The notes under the pieces: model-generated
Database searches by the model: none
What the model was told of the DNA's origin: nothing
The model's input: the letters and a program-made list of their open reading frames with translations, nothing else
Assembly: GCA_035221665.1 (NCBI GenBank)
Contig: CM069142.1
Coordinates: 48,856,001-48,920,000 of the forward strand
DNA: 64,000 nucleotides
Source: Okamejei kenojei
Taxonomy: Eukaryota
Direction of reading: 5' to 3'
Translations under genes and position numbers: made by a program
Part shown: piece after piece, positions 49,788 to 61,994 of the stretch
Position numbering within the stretch: the stretch's first letter is position 1
Layout: each line of letters starts with the position of its first letter

Positions 49788-50438
49788 CGCAGGCCAATGT
49801 GGTGTCGTATTCCAAGATTCTTCCGATGAAGTCCCACTGCCGGCTGTCCCAGGTGATGATGGTCCCGTCTTCACAGTTCAGTTTAGCTATGGACTGACTA
49901 GATTTTTCATGGTCCCATAATCTGAACAAGTACAATTCTCCAACAAATGCCATCTCGAGGTCCACCTGCAGCCGATCTGCCAATCGTCTGTGCCTCCTCC
50001 CAAGCACCAGGCTCCCGTTTTGGCCAAGTATTTTTTTACCCAGGTGTCTATCCTCCTCCAATGTTCCGTTCACGTAGATCTGAGCTCTATGACTTTGGGA
50101 ATTCCACGTTAAACATAAAGAATGCCATGTGTGTAAGGGAAGGATTTTATTCACGCTGAATCTTTTACGGAACAACCAAATTTCTAGTTCTTTTCTTCCC
50201 ACCATGATGCTAAGTTCGTGCTTGAGTGCGGAAGATTCACTCTGTCTGTCTGTGTTGTAGGTGAACACTGCCACTCCATTGTCACTATTCTCTTTTAGCC
50301 TGATGTCAACGCATAGTGTAAAGTCCTGAAGAGAAGGGATCTTCGTTCCTGGTGACAAGGTCCCATATTCATTGGTTATGTTGGAATGTCGGAAAACTGC
50401 CTTTTGACCTTTAAGGCTAGTGGACGTAGCTGAAGGAA
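49788..50438 (-). CDS. ADGRG2: Pentraxin/LamG-domain exon of the adhesion GPCR (ADGRG2/ADGRG4 clade)
   Basis: Inside ORF 49765-50517. Motifs SLKG, IPSLQDFTLCVDI, WHSLCLTWNS, GSLVLG, FVGELYLFRLWD and GTIITWD resemble the ADGRG4/G6 PTX domain. Acceptor TTTATCTTCCAG (alternative in-frame AG 9 nt downstream), donor TGCG|GTAAGT; 651 nt, phase 1-1. Confidence 0.85.
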
Positions 50439-50631
50439 CTGGAAGATAAAAATGCAATTTAAAATGGAGATCAAAGAAGTATGTCAGAATGTTCAGCAGT
50501 AAAAATCTTAACAACATTTCATACTTTTTTATGTAGCTTTCAAGCGCTAATTGTTGATGCTGTTACCTCTGATAATAAGAAGCATTGCCTTAGTTTGGGA
50601 ATAACTATAGATATCAATGAATAATACCACT

Positions 50632-51020
50632 GATAGAAACAAAATGCTGGAGTAACTCAGCGGGTCAAGCAGCATTTCTGGAGAGAGGGAATGGCTGATG
50701 TTTCGGGTCGAGACCATTCTTCACACTGATGTCAGGGGAGTGGGAGGTACAGAGATAAAATGTAGTTAGCGACAGTAAGACTGGTAGGAGAATTGGGAAA
50801 GGGGTGGGGATTTAGAGAGAAGGAAAGCAAGGGCTACTTGCAGTTAATTAAGTCAATGTTCATACCACTGGGGTGCAAGTTACCCAAGTGAAATATGAGG
50901 AGCTGTTCCTCCAATTTACGCTGGGCCTCACTCTGACAATGGAGGAGGCCCAGACAGAAAGGTCAGTGTGGGAATGGGATCGGGAGTTAAAGTGTTGAGC
51001 AACCAGGAGATCAGGTAGGT
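50632..51020 (-). mobile_element. Penelope 3' fragment
   Basis: pLTR plus EEQLLIF-encoding region like 21901-22450. Confidence 0.75.
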
Positions 51021-52770
51021 ATATGTGATACCTACTGTCCAGTAAAATACCTCTGTCCAGAAGGTATGTCCAGAACCTTGCTGGGCTGGGAAGTTATTAA
51101 TCCCAGTTGAGCTACAGTAGGTGTTACAACAGCAACAGGAATTAGGGGAGGGATAGCAAAGATTTCCCAATCCTACTCTACCTCTCACAAACATTTTCAA
51201 CGTTGCAGGAAGGATTTAAAATGTGTGAAAATAAATTTTTGAGCTCTCTTGCTGGAATGTTAGTGGCAAATCCCATACAAAATACCACTTCCTGGTTATT
51301 AACTCCAAAGGCATTGCCGTAAGTTAGGAGTTCTCCGTTAATTGCTTTAGCCCAAATTGGCGTCTTCTGCATGTAGCTCACATGGATGAAACTATCGGTC
51401 TACGCCCCCCACTCTCCACCGTACTCTCCCCGTCCACCATGTTCCCTCAGTTCCTCAGCAGGTCCACTGATACTGGTTAAAAAGGTTACATGGTCAAGTT
51501 TAGGAAAAGTAGTAACTCATTAAATAAAGAGACTACAACGCAGAGACTGGCCCTTCATCTAATGGTTCACTCTTCTCTCTCTCTCCATTGATGCTACCTG
51601 ACTCACTGGTTTTGGAAATTTCAATTTTTAACATTTCTGATTTACCTCATCAATCATTTTTTTTCACATTCCGATTACAGCATCTTCCTATTCTATTCTG
51701 TTTGTTACACTTGCTCTGTGACTATGACAACTAGCTTCAGGCAATTTGACTCAAACAATAGCAATGATAGATTGTTTATGGTCTGCCCAAAGGGTGTGGA
51801 TGAAAATGCTGAAATACTCCCTAATTGTACCATTCGATTGCTTGGTATGCCATTGCTCATATTGCATCGGGTCAAAATTAACCGGGAGGAAGTGAAACAT
51901 CACGCATGCTGTTCAGTGCTATGCTCTAAATATTTTGAAGTATTTTACATCGAAAACATATGATGTCACAAATTACAATGGGGCACTCCCAACTATGTGA
52001 AACAAGTGGGGTCGTGAGACACTTAGATCAGGAAAACCCAATGGTTGCTTTTCCCTCCAACAACCCTCAAAGGGCTATCGGCAGTGACACTGTGCTTTTG
52101 CTCCATTTCTCTGAGATAGGGAGGACCCATTCTCCGCCTCACTGACGTATATCCTCCAACCCTTTGATCAAAATGTTTGTGGTGGGCACAGTGTGAGGTG
52201 AAGACCACTGAAGACCATTGAAACCACTGTAACATAGAGCCTGGCCTCGTGTGCGAGTAACATTCACTTGTTCTGGAGGAATTGCGATGTACGAGGAATA
52301 GTTGTTCCAAAATAGGGGAGCAAATTCTCAGGGTAAAAATATTAAGTTTCCTAATAGCGATAATTTTAATGTGGTTCGATGAGGACCATGGTATAATAGG
52401 TATGGTGCAACGTTGTTCCAGATTGTGCAAGTATTCTAGAGATACCTCTGTGGTGGATACCCTTCCTATCACCAATTCACGTCTTGCCCACCTACAAGAA
52501 ACTGCAAAGTCACTGCCACACCCTCAACCAAAGGCACCTGAACTCTGCCTCCATTGTCACCACGCAGAAGTTAAGTTCTCAGTTAATGAACAGAACCAGC
52601 GAAACTACTTCCACCCCCACCGAAGGAAGGGAGATTCCTGCTCCAGCTACATCAGGAAGCTGCAGGTTATAGCTGTCACACCCCCCACACCACAAGGAAA
52701 AATGCTCCCTGCTTCACTCCCACAATGCATCTTGCAGCAAAATAATTCCGCGCAAGAGGTTATTTTTGTC

Positions 52771-53141
52771 CCTGCTCCACCTTCCACCGCAGACAGTAGG
52801 ATTTCTATTCTAAATTCACTGCCAGATGGTAGGATTCCTGCTGCATTTCCCAACAGCAGAGAGGGGAATTCCTGTGCCATCCCTGCTCTACTACCAGCAG
52901 AAGACAATGGGATTTCTGCTCCATTCCCTCCACCTGACAGTGGGATTCCTGCTACACTTTCCACAGCAGACAGTATGATTCCTGCTCCACTCCCACTGCC
53001 AGACACAGGGATTCCCGCTCAACTTCCCAACAGCAGATAGGCTCCACTCCCACCAGCAGACACACTCCTGTTCCATTCCCACCACCAGACCGTGGGATTC
53101 CCACTCCACTTCCCACCTGCATGCAGTGGGATTCCTGCTCC
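52771..53141 (+). repeat. Degenerate 33-bp minisatellite (~11 copies)
   Basis: Unit approximately GGGATTCCTGCTCCACTCCCACCAGCAGACAGT. Confidence 0.8.
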
Positions 53142-53419
53142 TTTATCCGGCTATACTAACCAAAATTGATCTATTTAATTTGATTTAATTTGAGGTAATT
53201 TTTCCAATGTTGACGTTAATCCTAGCTTCAAACTTTTAACATTTACACTCAAATTTTGAGAATTTGGAAGGAAAGCAATAAAAATGTGACATTTGGAAGT
53301 GGTTGTATCTCATTGCTGAATGTAACAAAACAGTTCTGAAGCTGGCATTTGAGCTGCTTTGACAGAAACTGGATGACCAAGGATGACAACTGCTATGGTT
53401 CACCAACTTTGATTCTTAC

Positions 53420-53528
53420 CTTGGAGTAAAGAGAAAAGGATAAATAAGATTGCAGGGAAGAACGGAATACGAGCTTTAGGAAGCATCCAAATGATTGAAA
53501 TGCAACACTGCCATCTATGGAGAGCCAT
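53420..53528 (-). CDS. ADGRG2: First coding exon (signal peptide) of an ADGRG2/GPR64-like adhesion GPCR: MALHRWQCCISIIWMLPKARIPFFPAILFILFSLLQ
   Basis: Acceptor TTTTGCTTTCTTTCAG|A-ATG and donor CAAG|GTAAGA; 36 codons plus 1 nt; hydrophobic core; splices in frame to the pentraxin exon (LLQ-V-PSATSTSLKG). ADGRG2 is preferred over ADGRG4 because the stalk is built from many short exons (recalled gene structure, not searched). Confidence 0.7.
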
Positions 53529-53782
53529 TCTGAAAGAAAGCAAAATTAATATAAATAATCAAAGACCTATAGCAAGCTGATATTTATATCAATGCACATA
53601 GCCACTGACATTTTATAATACCTATATCTGGGCAAATGAATGAAAAGATTTCACAGGTAGAAACTCTGCACTACTGTCCGAAGAATTTCTAAGGAAGACA
53701 TATATGGAATAGGAGGTAATGATGGGGAAGGAGAGCAGGGTAGTAGTGCCAGGGTGAAGAGTGGAGGGTGATATTAAGACAG

Positions 53783-54115
53783 GTTTAGTTTAGTTTAGTT
53801 TAGTTTAGTTTAGAGATACAGCATGGAAACAGGCCCTTTCGCCCACCGAGTCCATGCTGACCATCGATCACCGCACACGAACACTAATGTACACACACTA
53901 GGGACAATTTATATTTTTATACCAAGCCAATTAACCTACAAACCTGTACGTCTTTAGAGTGTGGGAGGAAACCAAAGTTCTCGGAGAAAACCCACGCGGT
54001 CACGGGGAAAACGTATAAACTACAGACAGGCAAGCACCCGTAGCCAGGATTGAACTCCGGTCTCTGGTGTTGTAAGCGCTCTAAGGCAGCAACTCCATTG
54101 CTCTGCCACCATACC
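53783..54115 (-). mobile_element. HE1-type SINE
   Basis: (GTTTA)n tail on the plus strand; tRNA-like head. Confidence 0.85.
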
Positions 54116-55546
54116 ATTTATGGAGGGAATTCCATGCCATAGTTCCCTTTGAAACTGCAGCACAAATGATTGAGCTAAGGGGATTGGATGCAAAGAGATT
54201 CGTTTTGGAAACACACAGGAATGGAAAAATATTCTAATTTTTTACATTTCAAATGTATTTGTAAACTTTATAAATGTTTCATGTGTATGTCTCACAGTGC
54301 ACATATATTGCATTTATATTGAGGGAACCATGCCCTGGAGAACAATACATTTCAAACACTGCCATGCAGTGTACAATACAAATATTATTCTCGTTAACGT
54401 TTAAAGTAAAATTATAGACGTAGGGGGGCAGATGGCAGTGGCATTGAGAGTATCTACTCAGTCACATTATGGCGTTAGTATATTTGTTGAATGAGAAACC
54501 ATGGGAAAAAATAACCTGAAATTAATATAAAGTGGAGGTGTCAGTTTACCGGGCAATAAGTAAATCAATTGTTCATATGACATTGTAACCCGAGATAATA
54601 AAGTGACTGAGACAGAATGACTGCTTGTAATACTCAGCTACCCTTCTATTTTTTCCTGTATTGTGGTTGGATCTTCTCGTGCAGATATTTTTTTTGATGA
54701 GTAATGTAAGGTGACAGCAGCAAAATGATGAAATGTATTCGAGAAATGTATTTTAACTTCTGGTGCAAATTATTATTGGTCAGTTATGCAAAAATACAAG
54801 AGTTACAAGAAGCGATGACTTTGTCATGCAGAAAGGCATGGAGAACTGAGTCTTTTAGGTGAACAAATTGCATGTTATTCTCCTCATTTGATAAGATAGG
54901 AATATACTCCTTCCTTTATTGCTGCAGTGACTACACTTTAAAGGTACTTTCCTGCCCTGAAGGAACTTTGAGATGCAAAATAATTGTATATTGTACCTTC
55001 TTTCTTTCCACACCTCAGACTTGATCGAAGCAGTAGCCCAATGACTACCAATAGTCATTGCTGCCATTTCGGGATTAATCCACCCAAACAAAATCTCGCC
55101 ATGTGATTGTGATTAAATTATTGGAGCATAATGGTCACATCCCTGCAGACCTATACCAAAGGATTGGTCAGGTGGGCTTGGGTTCAAGTGTATACGTGGA
55201 GGAGTATGGAGGATTGAAGAGCATACTTAAGGAGGAAGCCAGGAGGGCAAAAAGGAGGCATGAGATAGCTCTGACAGATAAAATTAAGGAGAATTCAAAG
55301 AGATTTGTAGCTATATTAAGGGGAAAAGGATAATAAAAGAGAGGGAGATAATAGGGCCGCTATAGAAATTAAAGTGGTCATCTATATGTGAAGCCACAGG
55401 CGATGGGCAAGGTCCTCAATTAATATTTGAGCTATATGAAAGCAAAATGTACTTTTCGTTTCTAAATATGATTAAAAATACCACAATATAAGACCAAAAG
55501 ACCATAAGATATAGGAAAAAATTAGGCCATTCTGCTCCTCAATGCA

Positions 55547-55845
55547 GCACAGTGATGCATCAGTAGAATTGCATCTTTACGGAGCCAGAGACTCGGGTTC
55601 GATCATTAATACGTGTGCTTGTCTGTACGGAATTTGTAAGTTCTCCCTGTGACTGCGTGGGCTTTCTCCTGGTGCTCCGGTTACCTCCCACATTCCAAAG
55701 ACATACAGGTTTGTAGGTTAATTCGTTTCGGTAAAAATTGAAAGTTGTCCCTTGTGTGTAGGATAGTGCTAGTGTATGGGGATCGCTGGTTGGTGTGGTG
55801 GGCCGAAATGCCTGTTTCCACACTGTATCTCTAAACTAAACTAAA
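55547..55845 (+). mobile_element. HE1-type SINE
   Basis: GGTTCGATC B-box; CTAAACTAAACTAAAC tail. Confidence 0.8.
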
Positions 55846-56424
55846 CAATAAGCAGCAAATCATCACTGACAACATAATAGAAGCCCTTGAAAGGATGGAC
55901 CACAAACCAGATATTCAGAAGGCAAAAGTTTTCACCGACATAACAATCCCTTTCCCATCCACCCTCCACAATCTGACTGTAAAAGTTCAAAGCAAAATCC
56001 TGAGAAATGTACATCATTCTTCATATCTTAGCAGAAGAGACATTGATGATGAAATTCACCATCTCTCCCTTTAGAAATGAAATGCTACCTTTATTGTCAA
56101 TCAGACCTTTCGGTCTGAACGGAATTTTGTGCCTGCAGTAATACATACAATAAAAATAACAAAAACACACAATAAACACAAATTTAACATCCACCACAGT
56201 GAGTTCACCAGGCACCTCCTCACTGTGATGGAAGGCAAAAGTCTTAGTCTTTGTCCCGTGGATTAGTACTGCTTTTAGCTGATGAAGGAAAAGAGTGTCA
56301 AAGACCCAGGCTTTAAACCTAGCACCAAGCTCTTGATCAACTGAGTAGCATCATCCCTGCTCTCCTGTATGCTTTGGGATCAATGACATTTCACAGTAAA
56401 AACCTAAAGCTGTCTCCACAACTG

Positions 56425-56720
56425 GTGGAGCCATTACCTCACAGTATCAGAGACCCAGGTTCAATCCTGACCTTGGATGCTGCCTGGGTGAAGTTTGCAC
56501 GTTCTTCCTGTGACTGAGTGGGTTTCTTCCCAGTGTTTTGGTCTCCTCCCACACCCCAAAGACTTGCTGGACTGTACCTTAAATAGCCTCTGCAAAATTG
56601 CCTTTAATGTGTAAGGAATGGATGAGAAAGAGGGATAACAGAACTAATGTGAATGGGTGACTGATGGTTGTTGCAAACTTGGTGGGTAGAAGAGGCTGTT
56701 TCCAAGCTGTATGTCTAAAA
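56425..56720 (+). mobile_element. Older HE1-type SINE
   Basis: CAGAGACCCAGGTTCAATCCTGACC and a body similar to the other copies. Confidence 0.65.
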
Positions 56721-58005
56721 AACAAACAAATCGAAAGATCTTACAAATCGAAATGCGTTCTTTGCCAGACCAACATGCCCAGCTCACACTCAGCCAGCTC
56801 TGGTGGTGGGTCAGATCTTCCACATGCCTGACACTAAGCACTTAACTTCCAGCTCTATCACTGCAAACATGTTTCCAGGAGGATGGATGAACCATACAAT
56901 CTCCTTGCAAATTTATGTCATAAGCTAAATAATTTCTAGACATTTGTTGACTACAACTGCTCCACTTGGAAAGGAGCAAATCTCCTCCAGTCTATAACAG
57001 GAGTAGAGGCTATGAGCAAACAGCAGAGGAAGCTCACAATGCTTCAACTCATCCGTTCTGTCAAGCACCACCTGCCCCACATGAAGCACAGTCTGTGGAT
57101 CCCATGCACACTCCATCAGCTATCTAAAATACTACAGAATTAGAGAAGGTGCAAACCACTGCTCAGAAAGAAAATTAATACAATTTCTAACCCAGGGCAT
57201 CTTCTGTATGATTTCAGTGATGAGCCAATGGAACTATTAGAAGTTTGTCTGCTCTCCAGGGCACTATTCAACACCAGTAGGAATGGTATGAACAGCTCAT
57301 TCTTCACAATTTTTTGTGACATATTCCTATTAGGTTGCTGTGTTTATTTAGAGTCATAGAATCATACAGTGTAGAAGCAAGCCCTTCAGCCCAACTTGCC
57401 CACACCGACCAACATGTCACAGCTACACTCATCCCACCTGCTTGCATTTGGCCCATATCCCTCTAAACCTGTCCTATCCATGTACCTGTCTAACTGCTTA
57501 TTAAAAATTGTGATAGTCTCTGCCTCAACTCCCTCAAATTTAATTAATTGTTACTACAATAATTGTTTCAGTTGAAATGTTTCTCCCTCTCAATGATTCT
57601 ACAGAAAAGGTAGTCGAGCCTTTTTTCAGATTTATCTTAGTACACTGAATTATCAACCAGCAGCAGTGTATTTGTGAGGTGGTCGTGGTATACGAGGGTG
57701 TGTGCCAGGAGGAAATCATCTTCCCATTGAGAAATAACAAAAATGTTGTCTTTGTTGTCGGATTAGAGAATTGACTGAGACACAACAGTAAAAAGTCACT
57801 GAATGACAGTAATAATATGCATAACACTGACATCACTCAGCTTTAAAATCAGTAAGAGATATTATAAAACAGTCTATTATCCACCTCTGTATCACTATTC
57901 CAGGAAGCCTTAACGATTTTTTGATTGAATTACCATTTTTTTTTTCAACACAAGAGCCCAGTCTCCACATTTCTCAAGGACTTTTGAATTATTAATATGA
58001 GCTAA

Positions 58006-58185
58006 ACATAAAGTGCTGGAGGAATTCAGCCGATTAGGTAGCATCACTGCAGGCAATGGACACACAATATTTCAGGTCGGGACCCTTCTTCAGTCTGAAG
58101 AAGTGACCCAATTCAAAACATCGGCTGTCCATTTCCTCATCAGATGCTGCCTGACCCACTGAGTTCCTCCAGTACTTTGTGTTTA
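58006..58185. mobile_element. Palindromic Penelope-pLTR-derived short element
   Basis: AAAGTGCTGGAGGAA ... TTCCTCCAGTACTTT arms around the centre CTTCTTCAGTCTGAAGAAG. Confidence 0.7.
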
Positions 58186-58949
58186 GCTCAAGGCCCCAGC
58201 ATCTATAGACTCTGCTGTCTCCAATTAATATGTGCTCATCCAAGAGCTATCCAGCTTGAGAGCGCCCTGGAAACACAACTCCAGCAAAGTGACCATTGAA
58301 AATGCTGCAGGAAGAACTCAGCGATCCTGACAGCATCTATGGAAGTAAAGGGATGGTGGACAATTCAGGTCGAGATGCTATATCATATAGCAGCATCATA
58401 TAGCAGACTGTTGAAGAGGATGTTCAACGTGAGAGATGATGAGATAAAGGGGGAGGATGTGCTTGTGGAAAATATAAATTCCCTTTAACAGAACGATTTA
58501 TTTTCCACCCAGAAATTGGCGTCGAAGCATTCTGTCATCAAATTGGTCATGGTGTTGATGGCAGACTTTCTCGATCAGCACTGGCCATCCCATACCATCA
58601 TACAGTCATAGAGTGATACAGCATGGAAACATGTCCATCAGCCCAACTTGCCCACACCAGCTAACATGTGTCAGCTGCACTAGTCCCACCTGTCAGCGTT
58701 TAGTCCATATTCCTCCAAACCTGATCTATCCATGTACCAGTCTAACTTTTTCTTAAATTTTGGGCGAGTCCCTGCCTCAACTACCTCCTCTCACAGCTTG
58801 TTCTACACACCCACCACCCTTTGTGTGAAAAGTTACCCCTCAGATTCCTATTAAATTGTTTCCCTTCACCTAAACCCTGTCCTCTGGTCCATGATTGACC
58901 TACTCTGGGCAAGAGACTCTACCCAATCTATTCCTCTCATGATTTTATC

Positions 58950-59660
58950 ACTCCCAACTCTAGCATCCAACTCCCCATTTACATCTTCTGGCCCTGAACA
59001 ACATTCACAGCTCCAACCACCAACCCCAGACCTCCACCCTCAACCCAACCATGACCCCAACCACCCGTCACCAACCCTCAACCAACCATCAGCCTCAGTC
59101 CCAACCATCACCTCAAACAGAACCATCCTCAGTCACCATCCTCAGCCCAACTACTCCACCCCCAGTCCCCAACTTCCATCCAACCCCAACCTGCAGCTCA
59201 ACACCCATGCCCTAACCCTCAGACCACCACTGCCTCAGTAAAACTATCACCCCCAATCCAATTATTAATCCCAGCTCTACTCCAACTGTAACCCAAAGTG
59301 TTTGATAACTCTTCCTAACCCTCAACCAACCATCATAATTCTAATTGCCAGCCCACCACCATTTGAGGATCTTCCTCAAACCTAACCTCCAGACCATTTC
59401 CTTAACGCGATCTCCACCACAAACTCCAGCCAACCCCAACCAGCCTCCGACACCACCACCATTCCCGACAATACCACCACCCCTAAAAGTAACTACAATT
59501 CCCTCACACGTCCACCATCTCAGACACAACCACTATCCCAGACGCAGCCGCCCGCCACAAACCCAACCAGCATCTTAAATGCAACCATCTTTCCCAAAAC
59601 CCAACCAGCATCCCAAACTCTACCATCTATCCAGTCCCAGCCATCAACTCCCAACCCTAC
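58950..59660. repeat. C/A-rich low-complexity degenerate tandem repeat
   Basis: Strong C over G skew; repeated AACC/ACCAT/CCCCAA motifs. Confidence 0.75.
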
Positions 59661-59985
59661 CTGTCGGGGGTGGCTGCACTAGGATCTGAGCAGTGTAATG
59701 TTCATTCTAGGGTAGGTGGCCGGTCAGCGATCATACCTTTGGGATCTGCTTCAACCTGTCAGAGCGCGAACTTTGTTGATACACCGCGCTGGCGCGGTGA
59801 CACTGTCTATCCGGTGCTGAAAGCAGCCAGGCTTGCTTGTCCGAGCCGATCTGTTCACAGTCAACGCTTTATTGTTGGATGTTATCCGGGGAATGCCCCG
59901 TCAGCTTCAGAAGGTGACAGCTCCTACTCGCTGGACGCTCCCAATCAGCAGCCTGGGAATCTCTAAATTCAGGGGGCGGACTGAG
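59661..59985 (-). promoter_or_regulatory. Candidate promoter / non-coding first exon of the adhesion GPCR
   Basis: Local CpG enrichment, CCAAT (59941-59945), GC-box GGGGCGG (~59972-59979), and minus-strand donor-like sites AAAG|GTATGA (exon end 59737) and CAG|GTAGGG (exon end 59661), about 6 kb upstream of the ATG exon. Confidence 0.4.
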
Positions 59986-59995
59986 ATTCACCTAG

Positions 59996-59996
59996 T

Positions 59997-60022
<26 letters not shown>
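59996..60022. repeat. (CT)n microsatellite
   Basis: Read directly from the sequence. Confidence 0.9.
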
Positions 60023-60027
<5 letters not shown>

Positions 60028-60467
60028 CACCCTCTGACTGTGTCAGGATCGGCAGTTTGACAACGCCTCAGTATTACGTGCTACTACTGCCCCCAGCGAA
60101 TCTAGCCTTGGCAAGGATTGTAGCCGACCAGGGCCGGGAGCAGGTTGAAGTTCCAGGTTCTGCAAAGGGATCTATCGCTTTAAATAGCATTAACGCAGTC
60201 TTTATACAGTACACACTGATTGCAATAGTTTCCCAAACAACAAAGTAATACATCAGGTGGAGGTGGAGCAATCGGGACCCGCTGATCAGGTTACATTCCT
60301 TGCCAATGACAGGGATGCATAACTGAGGCTGGTATCAGACTTGCTCTAGGATCTGCATGGTGTGAAGGTTAGAACCGAAGAACTACAGAGTTTACTAAAA
60401 AAGGCACATAGTCTTGGAATTATTCAGCAGATCAGTTAACATCTCTGGAGAAACTGGATAGGTGACA

Positions 60468-61943
60468 GGTAGACAAAAATGATGGAGAAACTCAGCGGGT
60501 GAGGCAGCATCTATGGAGTGAAGGAAATAAGGGATGTTCCGGTCGAGACCCTTCTTCAAACTGATGTGGGGGGGGGGGGGTGGGAAGAAGACAGGAAGAG
60601 GCGGAGAAAGTAGGCTGTGGGAGAGCTGGGAAGGGGAGGGGAAAGAAGGAGAAAGCAGAGACTACCTGAAATTGGAGAGGTCAATGCTCATACCGCTGGG
60701 GTGTAAACTACCCAAGCGAAATATGAGGTGCTCACTCTGGCCATGGAGGAGGCTCAGGACAGAAAGTTCAGATTCGGAATGGGAGGGGGAGTTGAAGTGC
60801 TGTGCCACCGGGAGCTCAGGTTGGTTATTGCGAACCGAGGGGAGGTGATGAGCGAAGCGATCGTCAAGCCTACGTTTGGTCTTACTGATGTAGTGCAGCT
60901 GACACCTAGTGCAGCAGATGCAATAGATGAGGTTGGAGGAGGTGCACGTGAACCTCTGCCGCACTTGGAACGACAGCTTGGGTCCTTGGATGGAGTCAAG
61001 GGGGGAGGGAAAGTGACAAGTGTAGCATTTCCTGCGGTTGCAAGGGAAAGTGCCAGGAGAGGGGGTGGTTTGGGTGGGAAGGGACGAATTGACCAGGGAG
61101 TTACGGAGGGTGCAGTCTCTGCGGAAAGCCGAAAGGTGAGGAGATGGGAAGATGTGGCCAGTGTGGTATCCCGTTGGAGGTGGCAAAAATGTTGGAGGAT
61201 TATTTGTTGTATGTGACGGCTGGTAGGGTAGAAGGTGAGGACAAGGGGGACTCTACCCTTGTTATGAGTGAGGGGATGGGGAGTGAGAGCAGAGTTACGG
61301 GGTATTGAAGAGACCCTGGTGAGAGCCTCATCCAGAGGGGAACCGATGTTCCCTAAGGAATGAGGACATCTCCGATGCCCAGGTTTGGAACACCGCATCT
61401 TGGTTGCAGATGCGGCATAGACAGAGGAATTGGGAGTAGGGGATGGCCTGTTCGTGCCCCACGGAACTTATTTCCACATACCTCGACTCCATCCTATCCC
61501 CCCTGATTAAATCCCTCCCTACCTATTTTCAAGACACCTCACACGCTCTTCATCTCCTCCATGACATCTGTTTTCTAGGCCCTCATTCCCTCATCTTCAC
61601 CATGGATGTCCAGGCACTCTACACCTCCATCCCCCACCAGGAGGGTCTTAAAACCCTCCGTTTCTTTTCGACCACAGAACCAACCAATCCCCTCTACTGA
61701 TACTCTCCTCTGCCTAGCGGAGCTGGTCCTTACCCTTGACAACTTTTTGTTTGATTCCTCCCATTTCCTCCAAATCCAAGGCATAGCTATGGGCACGCGC
61801 ATGGGCCAAGCTATGCCTGCCTCTTTGTAGGGTACGTCGAACAATCCTTGTTCAAGGCGTACCATGGCCTTATCCCCGAATTTTACCTCCGCTACATCGA
61901 CGACTGCATTGGTGTTACCTCCCTGGGGGGAAGTGGGGGGGGT

Positions 61944-61994
<51 letters not shown>

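Noticed and set aside
52771-53141. CRISPR-like array
   Set aside because: Contiguous degenerate tandem units without unique spacers, in a vertebrate context.
58891-59578. Pro/Thr-rich ORFs as mucin exons
   Set aside because: Wrong strand for the gene; low-complexity DNA without clear splice structure.
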